A stretch of DNA of 64,000 nt from Alphaproteobacteria bacterium UBA6376 (GTDB lineage Bacteria > Pseudomonadota > Alphaproteobacteria > Rs-D84): assembly GCA_002437665.1 (NCBI GenBank), contig DJQW01000001.1, forward strand, positions 392,727 to 456,726, in the 5' to 3' direction. The position numbers and the translations under genes were made by a program. Positions within the stretch are counted from its first letter, which is position 1, and each line of letters opens with the position of its first letter. Shown here piece by piece: positions 55,918-64,000 of this stretch. Under the pieces are notes generated by a model. The model was not told where the DNA came from, ran no database searches, and was given only the letters and a program-made list of their open reading frames with translations.

Positions 55918-56841
55918 ATGAAAACATGTCCGTTCTTTGGCGTTTGTGGTGGTTGCAAATTTGATTTTGCTGCGGCCGATTATCACGACCAGAAAATGGC
56001 ATTGTTGCGCGATTTGCCGATTACAGGCGATGCCGTATGGACGCCGGCGGGGTTGCGCCGCCGTGCCGATTTCGCATTCGCAGACGGCCGTTTTGGATTC
56101 TATGCCCCGCATTCCAAGGATATTGTGCCCGTGCGCACATGCCCGAATTTAGTGCCCGAAATAAACAATATTTTGCCGGCGGTGGCGGCATTGCCGTGGA
56201 CGGCGTCGGGTGCGTGCCTGATTACATCGTGCGACAACGGCATTGATATCGCAATATCATCAAATGTTCCGTACTTTACGGCGGAATTTCGCGATGCGGC
56301 AATGAAAATCTCCGCAATTCGTATTACGTGGAATGACCGCACAATACGGCAAACCGGCGCACCACAGGTGAATTTTTCGGGGCGCGCCGTCGCATACCCG
56401 CCGGCGGCATTCTTGCAACCAACGGTGGCCAGTGCGGACGCATTGCGCAATATGGTTGTTGCGGCGGCGTCCGGCGCACATCATGTCGCAGATTTGTTTT
56501 GCGGACTGGGGAATTTCACATTTGCACTCAACGCCGATGGGTTCGATATCGTGGGTACGGGCGTAAAGCGTGATTTGTTCACGCATCCGCTGACGGTTGG
56601 TATGTTGCGCGCGTATGATTGCGTCGTTATGGATCCGCCACGCGCGGGCGCATTGGCGCAATGCAAAGAATTGGTTAAATCAACCACATCCCGCGTAATA
56701 TACGTATCGTGCAACCCACAAACATTTATGCGCGATGCGCGGGTGTTGACCGCGGGCGGGTATAAAATCCAGCAACTGATTCCCGTTGACCAATTTGTGG
56801 GCAGTGACCACTGGGAACTGTTTGCCGTATTTGAAAAATAA
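55918..56841 (+). CDS. 23S rRNA (uracil-5-)-methyltransferase RlmD/RumA-family (no TRAM domain)
   Basis: 307 aa; CPFFGVCGGC Fe-S motif, DLFCGLGNFT SAM motif, VSCNPQTF. Confidence 0.7.
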   Translation: MKTCPFFGVCGGCKFDFAAADYHDQKMALLRDLPITGDAVWTPAGLRRRADFAFADGRFGFYAPHSKDIVPVRTCPNLVPEINNILPAVAALPWTASGACLITSCDNGIDIAISSNVPYFTAEFRDAAMKISAIRITWNDRTIRQTGAPQVNFSGRAVAYPPAAFLQPTVASADALRNMVVAAASGAHHVADLFCGLGNFTFALNADGFDIVGTGVKRDLFTHPLTVGMLRAYDCVVMDPPRAGALAQCKELVKSTTSRVIYVSCNPQTFMRDARVLTAGGYKIQQLIPVDQFVGSDHWELFAVFEK

Positions 56842-56842
56842 G

Positions 56843-57190
56843 TCAGTTATTATTCATCAATTCGCGCTTTAACATACGTACATTCTGCGTCATATCGTCA
56901 ATCAGGCGTTGCACGCGGTTATAGTCCAACACGCGGCATGGCGCATTTGGAAAATCATTTTCAAAGAATGGTACAACCGACACCCCCAGCGCGTTTGCAA
57001 TTTGGCACATGCGCCACACAGACACGCGATTTGTCCCAGATTCGTACTTTTGAATTTGTTGTGGCGTGATACCGGTGCGTCGCCCCAGTTCTTGTTGTGA
57101 TACGCCCATAAATTCACGTGCACGCCGCAGAAATTCGCCCGCGCAGCGGTTAAATTCTTGTTCGGCGAACGTCTTTGCAATTCCAACCAT
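56843..57190 (-). CDS. XRE-family HTH transcriptional regulator
   Basis: About 115 aa from ATG 57188-57190 (AAGGA RBS); VSQQELGRRTGITPQQIQKYESG HTH. Confidence 0.7.
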   Translation of the reverse strand: MVGIAKTFAEQEFNRCAGEFLRRAREFMGVSQQELGRRTGITPQQIQKYESGTNRVSVWRMCQIANALGVSVVPFFENDFPNAPCRVLDYNRVQRLIDDMTQNVRMLKRELMNNN

Positions 57191-57220
57191 CGGTATTCCT
57201 TTTGTGCGTTTATACAACAA

Positions 57221-57410
57221 AAAACCACCAGAAATTTTTCAGGTGGTTGGAGGTTAAGAACTACTCTACCGATATAGTGTGATTTATTTATGTATATCAT
57301 CACCCTCCAACCCGTGGTTGGAGTTTTACGTCATCACGGACGCGGTAGTCGGAGTTCTTACACCCCGCAACAGCAACACGCCATTGCACGGACATTATAT
57401 GGTTTTTGTG
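57221..57410 (-). promoter_or_regulatory. Structured leader element copy B with promoter and terminator, directly upstream of the XRE regulator gene
   Basis: Minus strand: TTGTAT-N17-TATAAT (about 57410-57380). GCGTCCGTGATGACGTAAAACTCCAACC acg GGTTGGAGGG ... AACCTCCAACCACC tgaaaaatttct GGTGGTT TTTTGTTG, then RBS and ATG. Confidence 0.55.
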
Positions 57411-57631
57411 CTGCAAATACAATAAAAAAACGCCGCCGGTGTTGCCCAGCGGTGTTTCCGAATGCCCTGAAAGGAAGGAAAGGAGAAAAAGAAATGGGCA
57501 TTCTAAACTGTTAAAAGGGTTGGGGCCCAGAGTCCAGAGGAGAGAGAATGTAGGAGGGAGTCTGAATCCCTGAACCCCGCGTCGCTGGGGTTGCCCCCTT
57601 TGACGAATCGAAATGTAATACAATTTTTGTT

Positions 57632-57653
57632 ATTTGTCAAGAATATTTGTCAA
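57632..57653. promoter_or_regulatory. Direct repeats ATTTGTCAA x2 (candidate operator) upstream of Ner-like paralog
   Basis: ttATTTGTCAAgaatATTTGTCAAaaa; related inverted repeat GACATTTGTCC/GGACAAATGTC at 16038-16069 upstream of the other paralog. Confidence 0.35.
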
Positions 57654-57815
57654 AAAAATTTTTAGACAATTTTTATAGGTGTTTTTTCATGGCGGGATTT
57701 ATTGCCTAACTTGTTGATATTCCTAGGAAATGGCGCTTGTTGCGACCGCGGGGGACTGGGCATAAAATCACTGTACAGGTTCACAATAATTGGCACAAAA
57801 CCACAGGAGAATGAT

Positions 57816-58061
57816 ATGACACACGAAGATGTATGGCGCGCAATAGAACGTTTCGCCGATGAACACGGCATGTCTTGTTCCGGATTGGCCCGATGCAGCG
57901 GCCTTGATCCAACCACATTTAATCGCAGCAAACGCTGGTCGCGCGAGGGGCAGCCACGCTGGCCATCAACCAACAGTATTTCCAAAATATTGTCGTCAAC
58001 GGGGGCGAATATCGCCGATTTTACCAAGTTTATTGACCCGCCCGCACGTTCACGCGAATAA
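57816..58061 (+). CDS. Small HTH DNA-binding protein (Ner/Nlp-like candidate), paralog of 16269-16511
   Basis: 81 aa from ATG after AGGAGA; MTHEDVWRAIERFADEHGMSCSGLARCSGLDPTTFNRSKRWSREGQPRWPSTNSISKIL. Confidence 0.55.
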   Translation: MTHEDVWRAIERFADEHGMSCSGLARCSGLDPTTFNRSKRWSREGQPRWPSTNSISKILSSTGANIADFTKFIDPPARSRE

Positions 58062-58146
58062 TCGCACAAATCTGACAATGCCGCGCATGGGGTGTTGCGC
58101 GGTATTTTTTATGGACAATCGCGTGGTGTTCGTTTATGCTGAACGT

Positions 58147-58566
58147 ATGTTAAATGGCATCAGAATCTATTCCGCAGATACCGTATGGCGTCGCATATTG
58201 TCTGATTTGGCGGCGACGGTGCTGGATTCGCCCGATGTGACCGCGGTGGATTTTGATGCGCTGAATATTCCGCCACGCGCCACCGCCATGGAATTAAAGG
58301 CAGCAATATTGGCGGCAATGGACAATTCAAATATTATTCGCAATGTGTTTGGACGTGATGTATCGCTGCCGCGCCTGCAACGCCAGATTGTCGTCCTGTT
58401 GGCCCAGACGGGCGGTATGACCGCGGCACAGTTAAAGGTTGCACTGGGCTATTCCCCCAATGCCGCCACGCATACGGTTGATACGGCGATATATCAACTG
58501 CGCCGGACATTTGGACGGGAACTGATTCAAAATAACAATGGGGTGTATAAAATTGGCCGGATATAA
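58147..58566 (+). CDS. Stand-alone OmpR/PhoB-type winged-helix DNA-binding protein
   Basis: About 139 aa; LPRLQRQIVVLLAQTGGMTAAQLKVALGYSPNAATHTVDTAIYQLRRTFG (trans_reg_C pattern). Confidence 0.5.
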   Translation: MLNGIRIYSADTVWRRILSDLAATVLDSPDVTAVDFDALNIPPRATAMELKAAILAAMDNSNIIRNVFGRDVSLPRLQRQIVVLLAQTGGMTAAQLKVALGYSPNAATHTVDTAIYQLRRTFGRELIQNNNGVYKIGRI

Positions 58567-59221
58567 ACTGATTTCTTTTGATAAAATACCCAGTACTCAA
58601 ACATACGCGTTGGACATGGTGGCGTCCGGCACGGCGCGCGATCACACCATTGTTATGGCAGAGGCCCAATCCGCTGGCCGTGGCCGCTATCGCCGTACGT
58701 GGGTGTCGCACCATGGTAATTTGTATGCCAGTTTTATTTTCAGTGCGCCCGAACGCGATCCGCGTCTGTCGTATATGGTGGCGGTTGCAATCGCAGAAAC
58801 GATTCTGTCGTTTGGAATTACACCCGCGATAAAATGGCCAAATGATATCTTGATTGATGGGAAAAAGGTTTGTGGTGTCTTGATTGAATACGCCGGCGCG
58901 TTTGTAATTGTTGGCATCGGCATCAATATTAAATCCAATCCAACGGTTGCCGAAAATGTGACAACCAAATTGGAAAACTATGCCGATGTGCAAAAGGGGG
59001 AATTATTAAATCGCCTGATGCGCAATCTGGACAAATGGATGAATACGGATTTTGCAACCGTGCGTGCACGCTGGATGGAATTGGCAATCGCATTGCGCAA
59101 AATTGTAAAGTACCGCGACCAAGACGTCGAATTGATTGAAATAAACGAAAATGGTGCGCTGGTTTTGCGCCGTGGTTCGGAATATCTGTTGGCGTATGGC
59201 GACGAAATCAGTATGAAATAA
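58538..59221 (+). CDS. birA: Biotin--[acetyl-CoA-carboxylase] ligase (group I, no HTH)
   Basis: 227 aa; GRGRYRRTW and KWPNDILIDGKKVCGVLIE motifs. Confidence 0.8.
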   Translation: MGCIKLAGYKLISFDKIPSTQTYALDMVASGTARDHTIVMAEAQSAGRGRYRRTWVSHHGNLYASFIFSAPERDPRLSYMVAVAIAETILSFGITPAIKWPNDILIDGKKVCGVLIEYAGAFVIVGIGINIKSNPTVAENVTTKLENYADVQKGELLNRLMRNLDKWMNTDFATVRARWMELAIALRKIVKYRDQDVELIEINENGALVLRRGSEYLLAYGDEISMK

Positions 59222-59265
59222 ATGCCGGATTTCCGCGCGATTGCGCGTGTGATAAAAATACGCAC

Positions 59266-59294
59266 TTGACTTTTTACGCGATTTGTGATACTAT
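59266..59294 (+). promoter_or_regulatory. Strong sigma70-like promoter TTGACT-N17-TACTAT
   Basis: Read directly; followed by two hairpin+T8 terminators before the next start codon. Confidence 0.55.
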
Positions 59295-59320
59295 GCAAAA
59301 CATCAACAAGCAAGATTATG

Positions 59321-59344
59321 TCCGCATCAGGCGGATTTTTTTTA
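59321..59344 (+). terminator. Rho-independent terminator (TCCGC-atcag-GCGGA + T9)
   Basis: Hairpin plus U-run, about 30 nt downstream of the predicted TSS. Confidence 0.5.
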
Positions 59345-59355
59345 TTGCAATTTTT

Positions 59356-59387
59356 GACCGCGATTTTTCCATCGCGGTCTTTTTTTT
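59356..59387 (+). terminator. Rho-independent terminator (GACCGCGAT-ttttcc-ATCGCGGTC + T8)
   Basis: 9-bp perfect stem plus U-run, 24 nt before ATG 59411. Confidence 0.55.
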
Positions 59388-59410
59388 ATACCAAAATATG
59401 GGGGACGCAT

Positions 59411-59800
59411 ATGGAATTGGAACTGATAACGAACGGCGCGCAAATGACGCGTGATGCATATAAAATCGCACGCACGGTTTATGCCGAAACATCTGGCAAA
59501 TCATTACCATTGGTCGAAGCGTTCACATCAATGATTGCAAATATTGCGCGCGCCCGTGGTATCGCGCCAGCATCTGTTGTGGCGGATACCGGTTTATTCA
59601 CGCATGACGCAAACACAGAAATTGATACAACGGGTCGCGCGTTTCAAATGTGCCTGCGCACCGCACAACGAATGTTGCGTGGTAATTTAATGGACGCGTC
59701 GCACGGTGCAACACGATTTCACGCAGCCAATCAAATGCCAGATTGGGCGGTGTCGCGTGGATACATCGCCGATATTGATGGTGTGCTGTTTTATCTGTAA
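59411..59800 (+). CDS. Cell-wall hydrolase, SleB-like (Hydrolase_2 family)
   Basis: About 129 aa; IARTVYAETSGKS...SMIANIARARG...ATRFHAAN..PDWA...IADIDGVLFY pattern. Confidence 0.55.
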   Translation: MELELITNGAQMTRDAYKIARTVYAETSGKSLPLVEAFTSMIANIARARGIAPASVVADTGLFTHDANTEIDTTGRAFQMCLRTAQRMLRGNLMDASHGATRFHAANQMPDWAVSRGYIADIDGVLFYL

Positions 59801-59815
59801 TCGTGTGGTGAAAAA

Positions 59816-60007
59816 ATGCAACGTATAATTCATGGTGGATTTTTATCAGACCGTCGCACGCAAATTATGTCGGGCGTCGGTATATTGTCGGCGGTCGCCG
59901 CATACTTGGTTGGCGACAGCGATATATTCATATTACTGCAAACGATATTTACGCTTGGCGGAATTTATTTTATGCGCAAACAACCAAACACAACCAAAGG
60001 AAAATGA
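59816..60007 (+). CDS. Small membrane protein (holin-like candidate)
   Basis: 63 aa; two hydrophobic helices; follows the hydrolase gene. Confidence 0.3.
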   Translation: MQRIIHGGFLSDRRTQIMSGVGILSAVAAYLVGDSDIFILLQTIFTLGGIYFMRKQPNTTKGK

Positions 60008-60666
60008 TAATGGAAAAGATTCCTGAAAAATTTCAAAACACAGATGGAACATTAAACGCGGACGCATTGATAAAATCATACACTGAATTGGAACGCAAGA
60101 TTGGAACAATGGTATCTGTTCCGACCGCGGACAGTGATGATGCCACGCGTGCGCGATTTAATCGTGCGATTGGTGTGCCCGCATCGGCCGATGAATATCC
60201 AACAAATGATTTGTTTGGTGATGCAGATTTGCAGAAAAAATTTTTGGAAATTGGATTGACATCATCACAGGTTGAACAAATTTATCACATCGCAGATGAA
60301 TTTTTATCACCTGTGTTATCAGATTTATTTGTTGCGCAAAAAACAGAAAATGCATTTGCGGAATTGCAAAAATTTTTTGGCAGTGCGGACAAAATGCACG
60401 ATGCAATAAAACAAATAAATGATTTCGGTACGCGATTTTTACCCGCCGATGCGTTTGATGAATTATGCTCTACACCCCAAGGAATCCAAGGCGTGTACAG
60501 AATGATGCAATCCATTGAGCCGAATGTTGAAATTGCAAATGATGATAATAAAAATTTATCTGATTCTGATTTGCGACGCATGATGCGTGATCCAAAATAT
60601 TGGCGTGATCATGATGCGGAATATGTTCGCAAAATAGAAAATGGTTTCAAAAAATTGTATTCATAA
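60004..60666 (+). CDS. Acidic helical protein (phage scaffold-like candidate)
   Basis: 220 aa; position immediately before the capsid-like gene. Confidence 0.3.
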   Translation: MIMEKIPEKFQNTDGTLNADALIKSYTELERKIGTMVSVPTADSDDATRARFNRAIGVPASADEYPTNDLFGDADLQKKFLEIGLTSSQVEQIYHIADEFLSPVLSDLFVAQKTENAFAELQKFFGSADKMHDAIKQINDFGTRFLPADAFDELCSTPQGIQGVYRMMQSIEPNVEIANDDNKNLSDSDLRRMMRDPKYWRDHDAEYVRKIENGFKKLYS

Positions 60667-60773
60667 CGAAAAAAATTCACTTTCTCCTTTACTAATATTT
60701 TTGTTTCATATAAAATATAAAGTAAGAACAAAAAAATTTGTTCTATCCAAAAAAAATATAAAAGGAGAGAAGA

Positions 60774-61133
60774 ATGGCATTCACATTCTTGAAACCAGCG
60801 GCAAAGAAAGTTGCTGCGAAACCAGCAGCAAAAAAAGTTGCTGTTAAAAAACCAGCGGCGAAAAAGCCAGCTGCAAAACCAGCAGCGAAAAAAGTTGTTG
60901 CTAAAAAACCTGTTGCCAAGAAAGTAGCAGCGAAACCAGCAGCAAAGAAAGTTGCAGTTAAAAAAGTTGCTGCAAAACCAGCGGCAAAAAAAGTAGTTGC
61001 TAAAAAACCAGCAGCGAAAAAACCAGTTGCAAAGAAAGTCGCAGTAAAAAAGCCGGTTGCTAAAAAAGCCCCAGCGAAAAAAGTTGCTGTGAAAAAGCCA
61101 GTTGCCAAGAAAGCACCTGCAAAGAAAAAATAA
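60774..61133 (+). CDS. Lysine/alanine-rich histone H1-like repeat protein (AKKPAAKK)n
   Basis: 119 aa composed almost entirely of (V/P)AAKKPAAKK repeats; the DNA is a tandem repeat. A good RBS (AAAGGAGAGAAGA) precedes the ATG. Confidence 0.6.
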   Translation: MAFTFLKPAAKKVAAKPAAKKVAVKKPAAKKPAAKPAAKKVVAKKPVAKKVAAKPAAKKVAVKKVAAKPAAKKVVAKKPAAKKPVAKKVAVKKPVAKKAPAKKVAVKKPVAKKAPAKKK

Positions 61134-61354
61134 TAAATTTCCCCACCGTTTGGTGGGGTTTTTAATTGCATGAAAAATTTCAGTCGTATCGTAATTGGTG
61201 CGACTGAAACTTTTTATCGGATAATTCTGGTGCAATACCCAGAACCCATTTTGTTCGCATCAGGCGGCGCGACATAATCGCACAACCGTTTGATTCGTAT
61301 TTGTCGGACGTAATTCATTACGTCTTTTTTTTATTTTAATCAAAAGGAATTTTT

Positions 61355-62185
61355 ATGTCTGTTTCAATCGATAATGTTTTTATCAAACAATTCGAAGCCG
61401 ACGTTCATTTGGCGTACCAGCAAATGGGCACTAAATTGCGCGGCACAGTGCGCAGTAAATCCGGTGTCATCGGCGCATCAACAACATTTCAAAAGGTTGG
61501 TCGTGGCACGGCCGCAACAAAATCACGTCATGGTATTGTACCGGTTATGAATTTGAATCACGAACCGGTTGAATGCGTGTTACAAGATTACTATGCCGGC
61601 GATTGGGTTGACGCATTGGACGAATTGAAAACCAATATTGACGAACGTCGTGTTGTCGCCAGTGCCGGTGCATACGCATTGGGGCGCAAGACCGATGAAC
61701 TGATTGTGAATGCAATGTCGGGCGCAACCGCATCTGTGGGGGATTATTCAGCCGGCCTGTCCAAAGATTTAATCTTGTCCGCGGTCGAAGAATTGAACAA
61801 GAAAGATATTCCCGATGACGGTCGTCGTTTCGCAGTTGTCGGTGTACACCAGTGGAAAGAATTACTGGGTATCACAGAATTTGTATCGGCGGACTATGTG
61901 GGCAATGACCTGCCGTTGATATCGGGTGGCGCGTCCAAGAAATGGTTGGGCATTACATGGGTGCTGTATAACGCATTGCCATTGTCAGATACGACAAAGC
62001 GTGATTGCTTTATCTATCACGCAACCAGTATTGGTCACGCCTGTGGCCAAGAGGTCAAGACCGATATTTCATGGCACGGTGAACGCGCCGCGCACTTTAT
62101 CAGCAACAGCATGTCCCAAGGAGCGGTTCTGATTGATGGTGACGGTATTGTTCGCATGAAATGCAAAGACGCTGATGGCGAATAA
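61355..62185 (+). CDS. Phage major capsid protein, T7 gp10-like candidate
   Basis: 276 aa; segments LAYQQMGTKLRGTVRSKSG...HEPVECVLQDYYAGDWVDALDEL...ERRVVASAGAYALGRKTDELI parallel T7 gp10 (recalled from memory). Confidence 0.4.
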   Translation: MSVSIDNVFIKQFEADVHLAYQQMGTKLRGTVRSKSGVIGASTTFQKVGRGTAATKSRHGIVPVMNLNHEPVECVLQDYYAGDWVDALDELKTNIDERRVVASAGAYALGRKTDELIVNAMSGATASVGDYSAGLSKDLILSAVEELNKKDIPDDGRRFAVVGVHQWKELLGITEFVSADYVGNDLPLISGGASKKWLGITWVLYNALPLSDTTKRDCFIYHATSIGHACGQEVKTDISWHGERAAHFISNSMSQGAVLIDGDGIVRMKCKDADGE

Positions 62186-62224
62186 CCCCCCAGTTCCACA
62201 TAAACATAACCAAAGGGAAAATAA

Positions 62225-62455
62225 ATGGCTTTTCAGAATAAAAATTTGTCTGTGATTGCGTATGCAAATGGTTTTACATTGTGGCACTATGCCGAAAACG
62301 TAACGATGGCAACAATCACGGCCAGTGGTTATTTCAACGATGTTAAAACATTGATGAACACCGGCGACATTGTGATTATCAATGCGTCTGATAATACATC
62401 ACTGAAAAAGGTTGCTGTTGCGTCTGGCAATGTTACAACCGCCGCATTGGCGTAA
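62225..62455 (+). CDS. Small hypothetical protein in phage-like cluster
   Basis: 76 aa ORF. Confidence 0.3.
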   Translation: MAFQNKNLSVIAYANGFTLWHYAENVTMATITASGYFNDVKTLMNTGDIVIINASDNTSLKKVAVASGNVTTAALA

Positions 62456-62537
62456 TCGCATCTAAAATTTATTGTATGTTGGGTCGGCATGATGTATGTC
62501 GACCCCGTTTTTATTTATAAAGCATGGGAATATTATC

Positions 62538-63059
62538 ATGTTGACCAAAATAGATTTGTGTTCAATGGCATTACTGAAATTGGGCGAAAAACCAATCCAG
62601 TCGTTGTTGGACGATACGGCCGCCGCACAACTGGCGCGCACATTGTTTGACCCGTTGACCGATGCACTGATTGCGGTGCATCCATGGCGATTTGCAACCA
62701 AGAAATTTGAACTGACCAAAAACGCCGATGGCGATTTTTTAATTCCGTCGGAATGTCTGCGCGTGACGCATACCGGTGGCAATGCAATTATTGGCAATCG
62801 CATCACCGCCCAGCCAGACCACATAACGATTGTTGGTCTGACCCGTGTTGCGCCCGATGCGTATCCAGCATATTTCGCATCACTGGTTGCGACAAAATTG
62901 GCAATGGAATTTTGTGTGCCACTGACCGGTGATCAAACAATATTCAGAACACTGGCGGCGTTATATGACGCGGAATTGCAATCTGCAAAATTCATAGACA
63001 GCACCACGACCACCGTCGCGGGTATTGAAAACTTTTCACTGATAAATGCACGATTCTAG
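62538..63059 (+). CDS. Tail tubular protein A (T7 gp11-like) candidate
   Basis: About 173 aa; LKLGEKPIQSLLDDTAAAQLARTL...WRF resembles the gp11 N-terminus ILASIGEPPVSTLEGD...ARRILNKI...WTF. Confidence 0.35.
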   Translation: MLTKIDLCSMALLKLGEKPIQSLLDDTAAAQLARTLFDPLTDALIAVHPWRFATKKFELTKNADGDFLIPSECLRVTHTGGNAIIGNRITAQPDHITIVGLTRVAPDAYPAYFASLVATKLAMEFCVPLTGDQTIFRTLAALYDAELQSAKFIDSTTTTVAGIENFSLINARF

Positions 63060-63075
63060 GATTACGGGGGAACAC

Positions 63076-64000
63076 ATGGGAAATTTTGTAAAAACGACCA
63101 GTTCGTTTGCCAATGGCGATATTGCCCCAGAATTTTATACGCACGATAATTTGTCTGGCCTGTCCGCATTGGTCAATATGGACGTTATTGCTGGGGGCGG
63201 TCTGCGCCGTCGTGCGGGATTGTGCCGCGTTGCCGAATTGGACGCGTCGGCGCGATTGATATCTTTCTCGGTCGGTCAAGATGACGAATACATTCTGGCA
63301 ATAACGGCGGGACACATCAATGTGTACAGCGGCGCGACCCGCGTGTGCGATATCATTGCACCGTGGACGGCGGCGGATATTGCACGGATTCAATATGCCC
63401 AGCGTTTTGGCACAATGATTTTTGTGCATCCGGAATACCAGCCGCGCACATTGCGCAAAACGGAAACTGGGTTTGAATTGACTACATTTGAATTTGCGCG
63501 CAGTGATGATGATATGACACTTCATATACCATTCATGCGATTTGATGACACGCGCGATATAAAAATCACCGTTACCGCAAACAGTGCCGGTAATAATTTT
63601 GCGATATTTACAACCAGCGACGCATTCTGGAACGACGATTGTGTCGGTGGCACATTTTTACTGATGGACAAACAGTGGACTGTGCATCAGGTCACCAGCC
63701 CGACCGTTGCGGTGATGCGTACCAACGGGGCATTCACATTGCCCACCGCCCCCATCACCGATTGGCGCGAGACCGCATTCAGCACCCGTCGTGGTTGGCC
63801 AGTCAGCATTACTTTCCACCAAGACCGATTGGTGTTTGGTGGCGCGCGTGATTACCCATCTGGTGTATGGCTGTCTGGGGTGGGGCGGCATAATGATTTT
63901 GATGTGGGGACAGGATTGGACGATCAGGCGATTTTTATTACCTTGTTGTCCCGCCAGCGTCAGCAAATCTGTACCGTGGTCAGCAGTGATAACCTGCAAA
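63076..64000 (+). CDS. Tail tubular protein B (T7 gp12-like) candidate, 3' end beyond window
   Basis: ATG 63076, open to the window end (more than 308 aa). GGLRRRAGL and HQDRLVFGGARDY segments parallel gp12. Not in the ORF track because there is no stop in the window. Confidence 0.35.
   Translation, partial: MGNFVKTTSSFANGDIAPEFYTHDNLSGLSALVNMDVIAGGGLRRRAGLCRVAELDASARLISFSVGQDDEYILAITAGHINVYSGATRVCDIIAPWTAADIARIQYAQRFGTMIFVHPEYQPRTLRKTETGFELTTFEFARSDDDMTLHIPFMRFDDTRDIKITVTANSAGNNFAIFTTSDAFWNDDCVGGTFLLMDKQWTVHQVTSPTVAVMRTNGAFTLPTAPITDWRETAFSTRRGWPVSITFHQDRLVFGGARDYPSGVWLSGVGRHNDFDVGTGLDDQAIFITLLSRQRQQICTVVSSDNLQ

Noticed and set aside
60609-61235. ORFs antisense to the lysine-rich repeat gene (FFAAGF... 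repeats)
   Set aside because: They mirror the tandem repeat on the other strand. The plus-strand AKKPAAKK reading has a good RBS and ATG.
1-64000. CRISPR arrays
   Set aside because: No regularly spaced direct repeats of 24-48 bp with unique spacers were seen. The repeats present are hairpin or MITE-like and irregularly spaced.

Overview
This 64 kb window looks bacterial, with GC-rich genes and AT-rich spacers. Some genes point to an alphaproteobacterium, namely lpxI, lptE-holA, a DUF4164-zapA pair and Opa-like outer-membrane proteins. Positions 1 to about 12.1 kb are an AT-rich defence island ending at a tRNA-Ser. The island holds a partial Type IIG restriction-modification gene whose strong promoter sits inside an 81-bp segment bracketed by perfect 23-bp inverted repeats, next to a serine invertase, which makes it a candidate inverton. 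The island also has a stand-alone Abi/UG-like reverse transcriptase, a frameshifted DUF559 nuclease, and a Type I system. In that system hsdM is fused to half of hsdS, and the other half is separated from it by an (AG)8 tract. It further contains a HEPN-like protein and an ADP-ribosylglycohydrolase with an unknown partner. The rest of the window is mostly housekeeping genes (lgt, glyQS, nrdDG, fadD-like, lptE-holA, map, radC, parC, gap, miaA, priA, lpxI, birA, rpmG) and tRNA-Leu, tRNA-Glu and tRNA-Asp. A family of Cys/Thr-rich secreted proteins, two tandem outer-membrane beta-barrels and an orphan VirB11-like ATPase are also present. The feature I rate most interesting is a roughly 150-250 nt structured leader element present in three diverged copies with compensatory stem changes. 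Each copy ends in a Rho-independent terminator directly upstream of a start codon, as an attenuator or riboswitch would. Other non-coding structure includes two MITE-like hairpin repeat families, with one glycosyltransferase gene bracketed by 22-bp inverted repeats. There are tandem tRNA-Glu 3'-end remnants and a partial tRNA-Ser duplicate. A strong promoter followed by two tandem terminators marks a possible small RNA or leader. The last ~4.6 kb looks like a remnant of a T7-like podovirus structural module. No CRISPR array or rRNA was seen. All protein calls rest on motifs I recognise in the translations, not on database searches.
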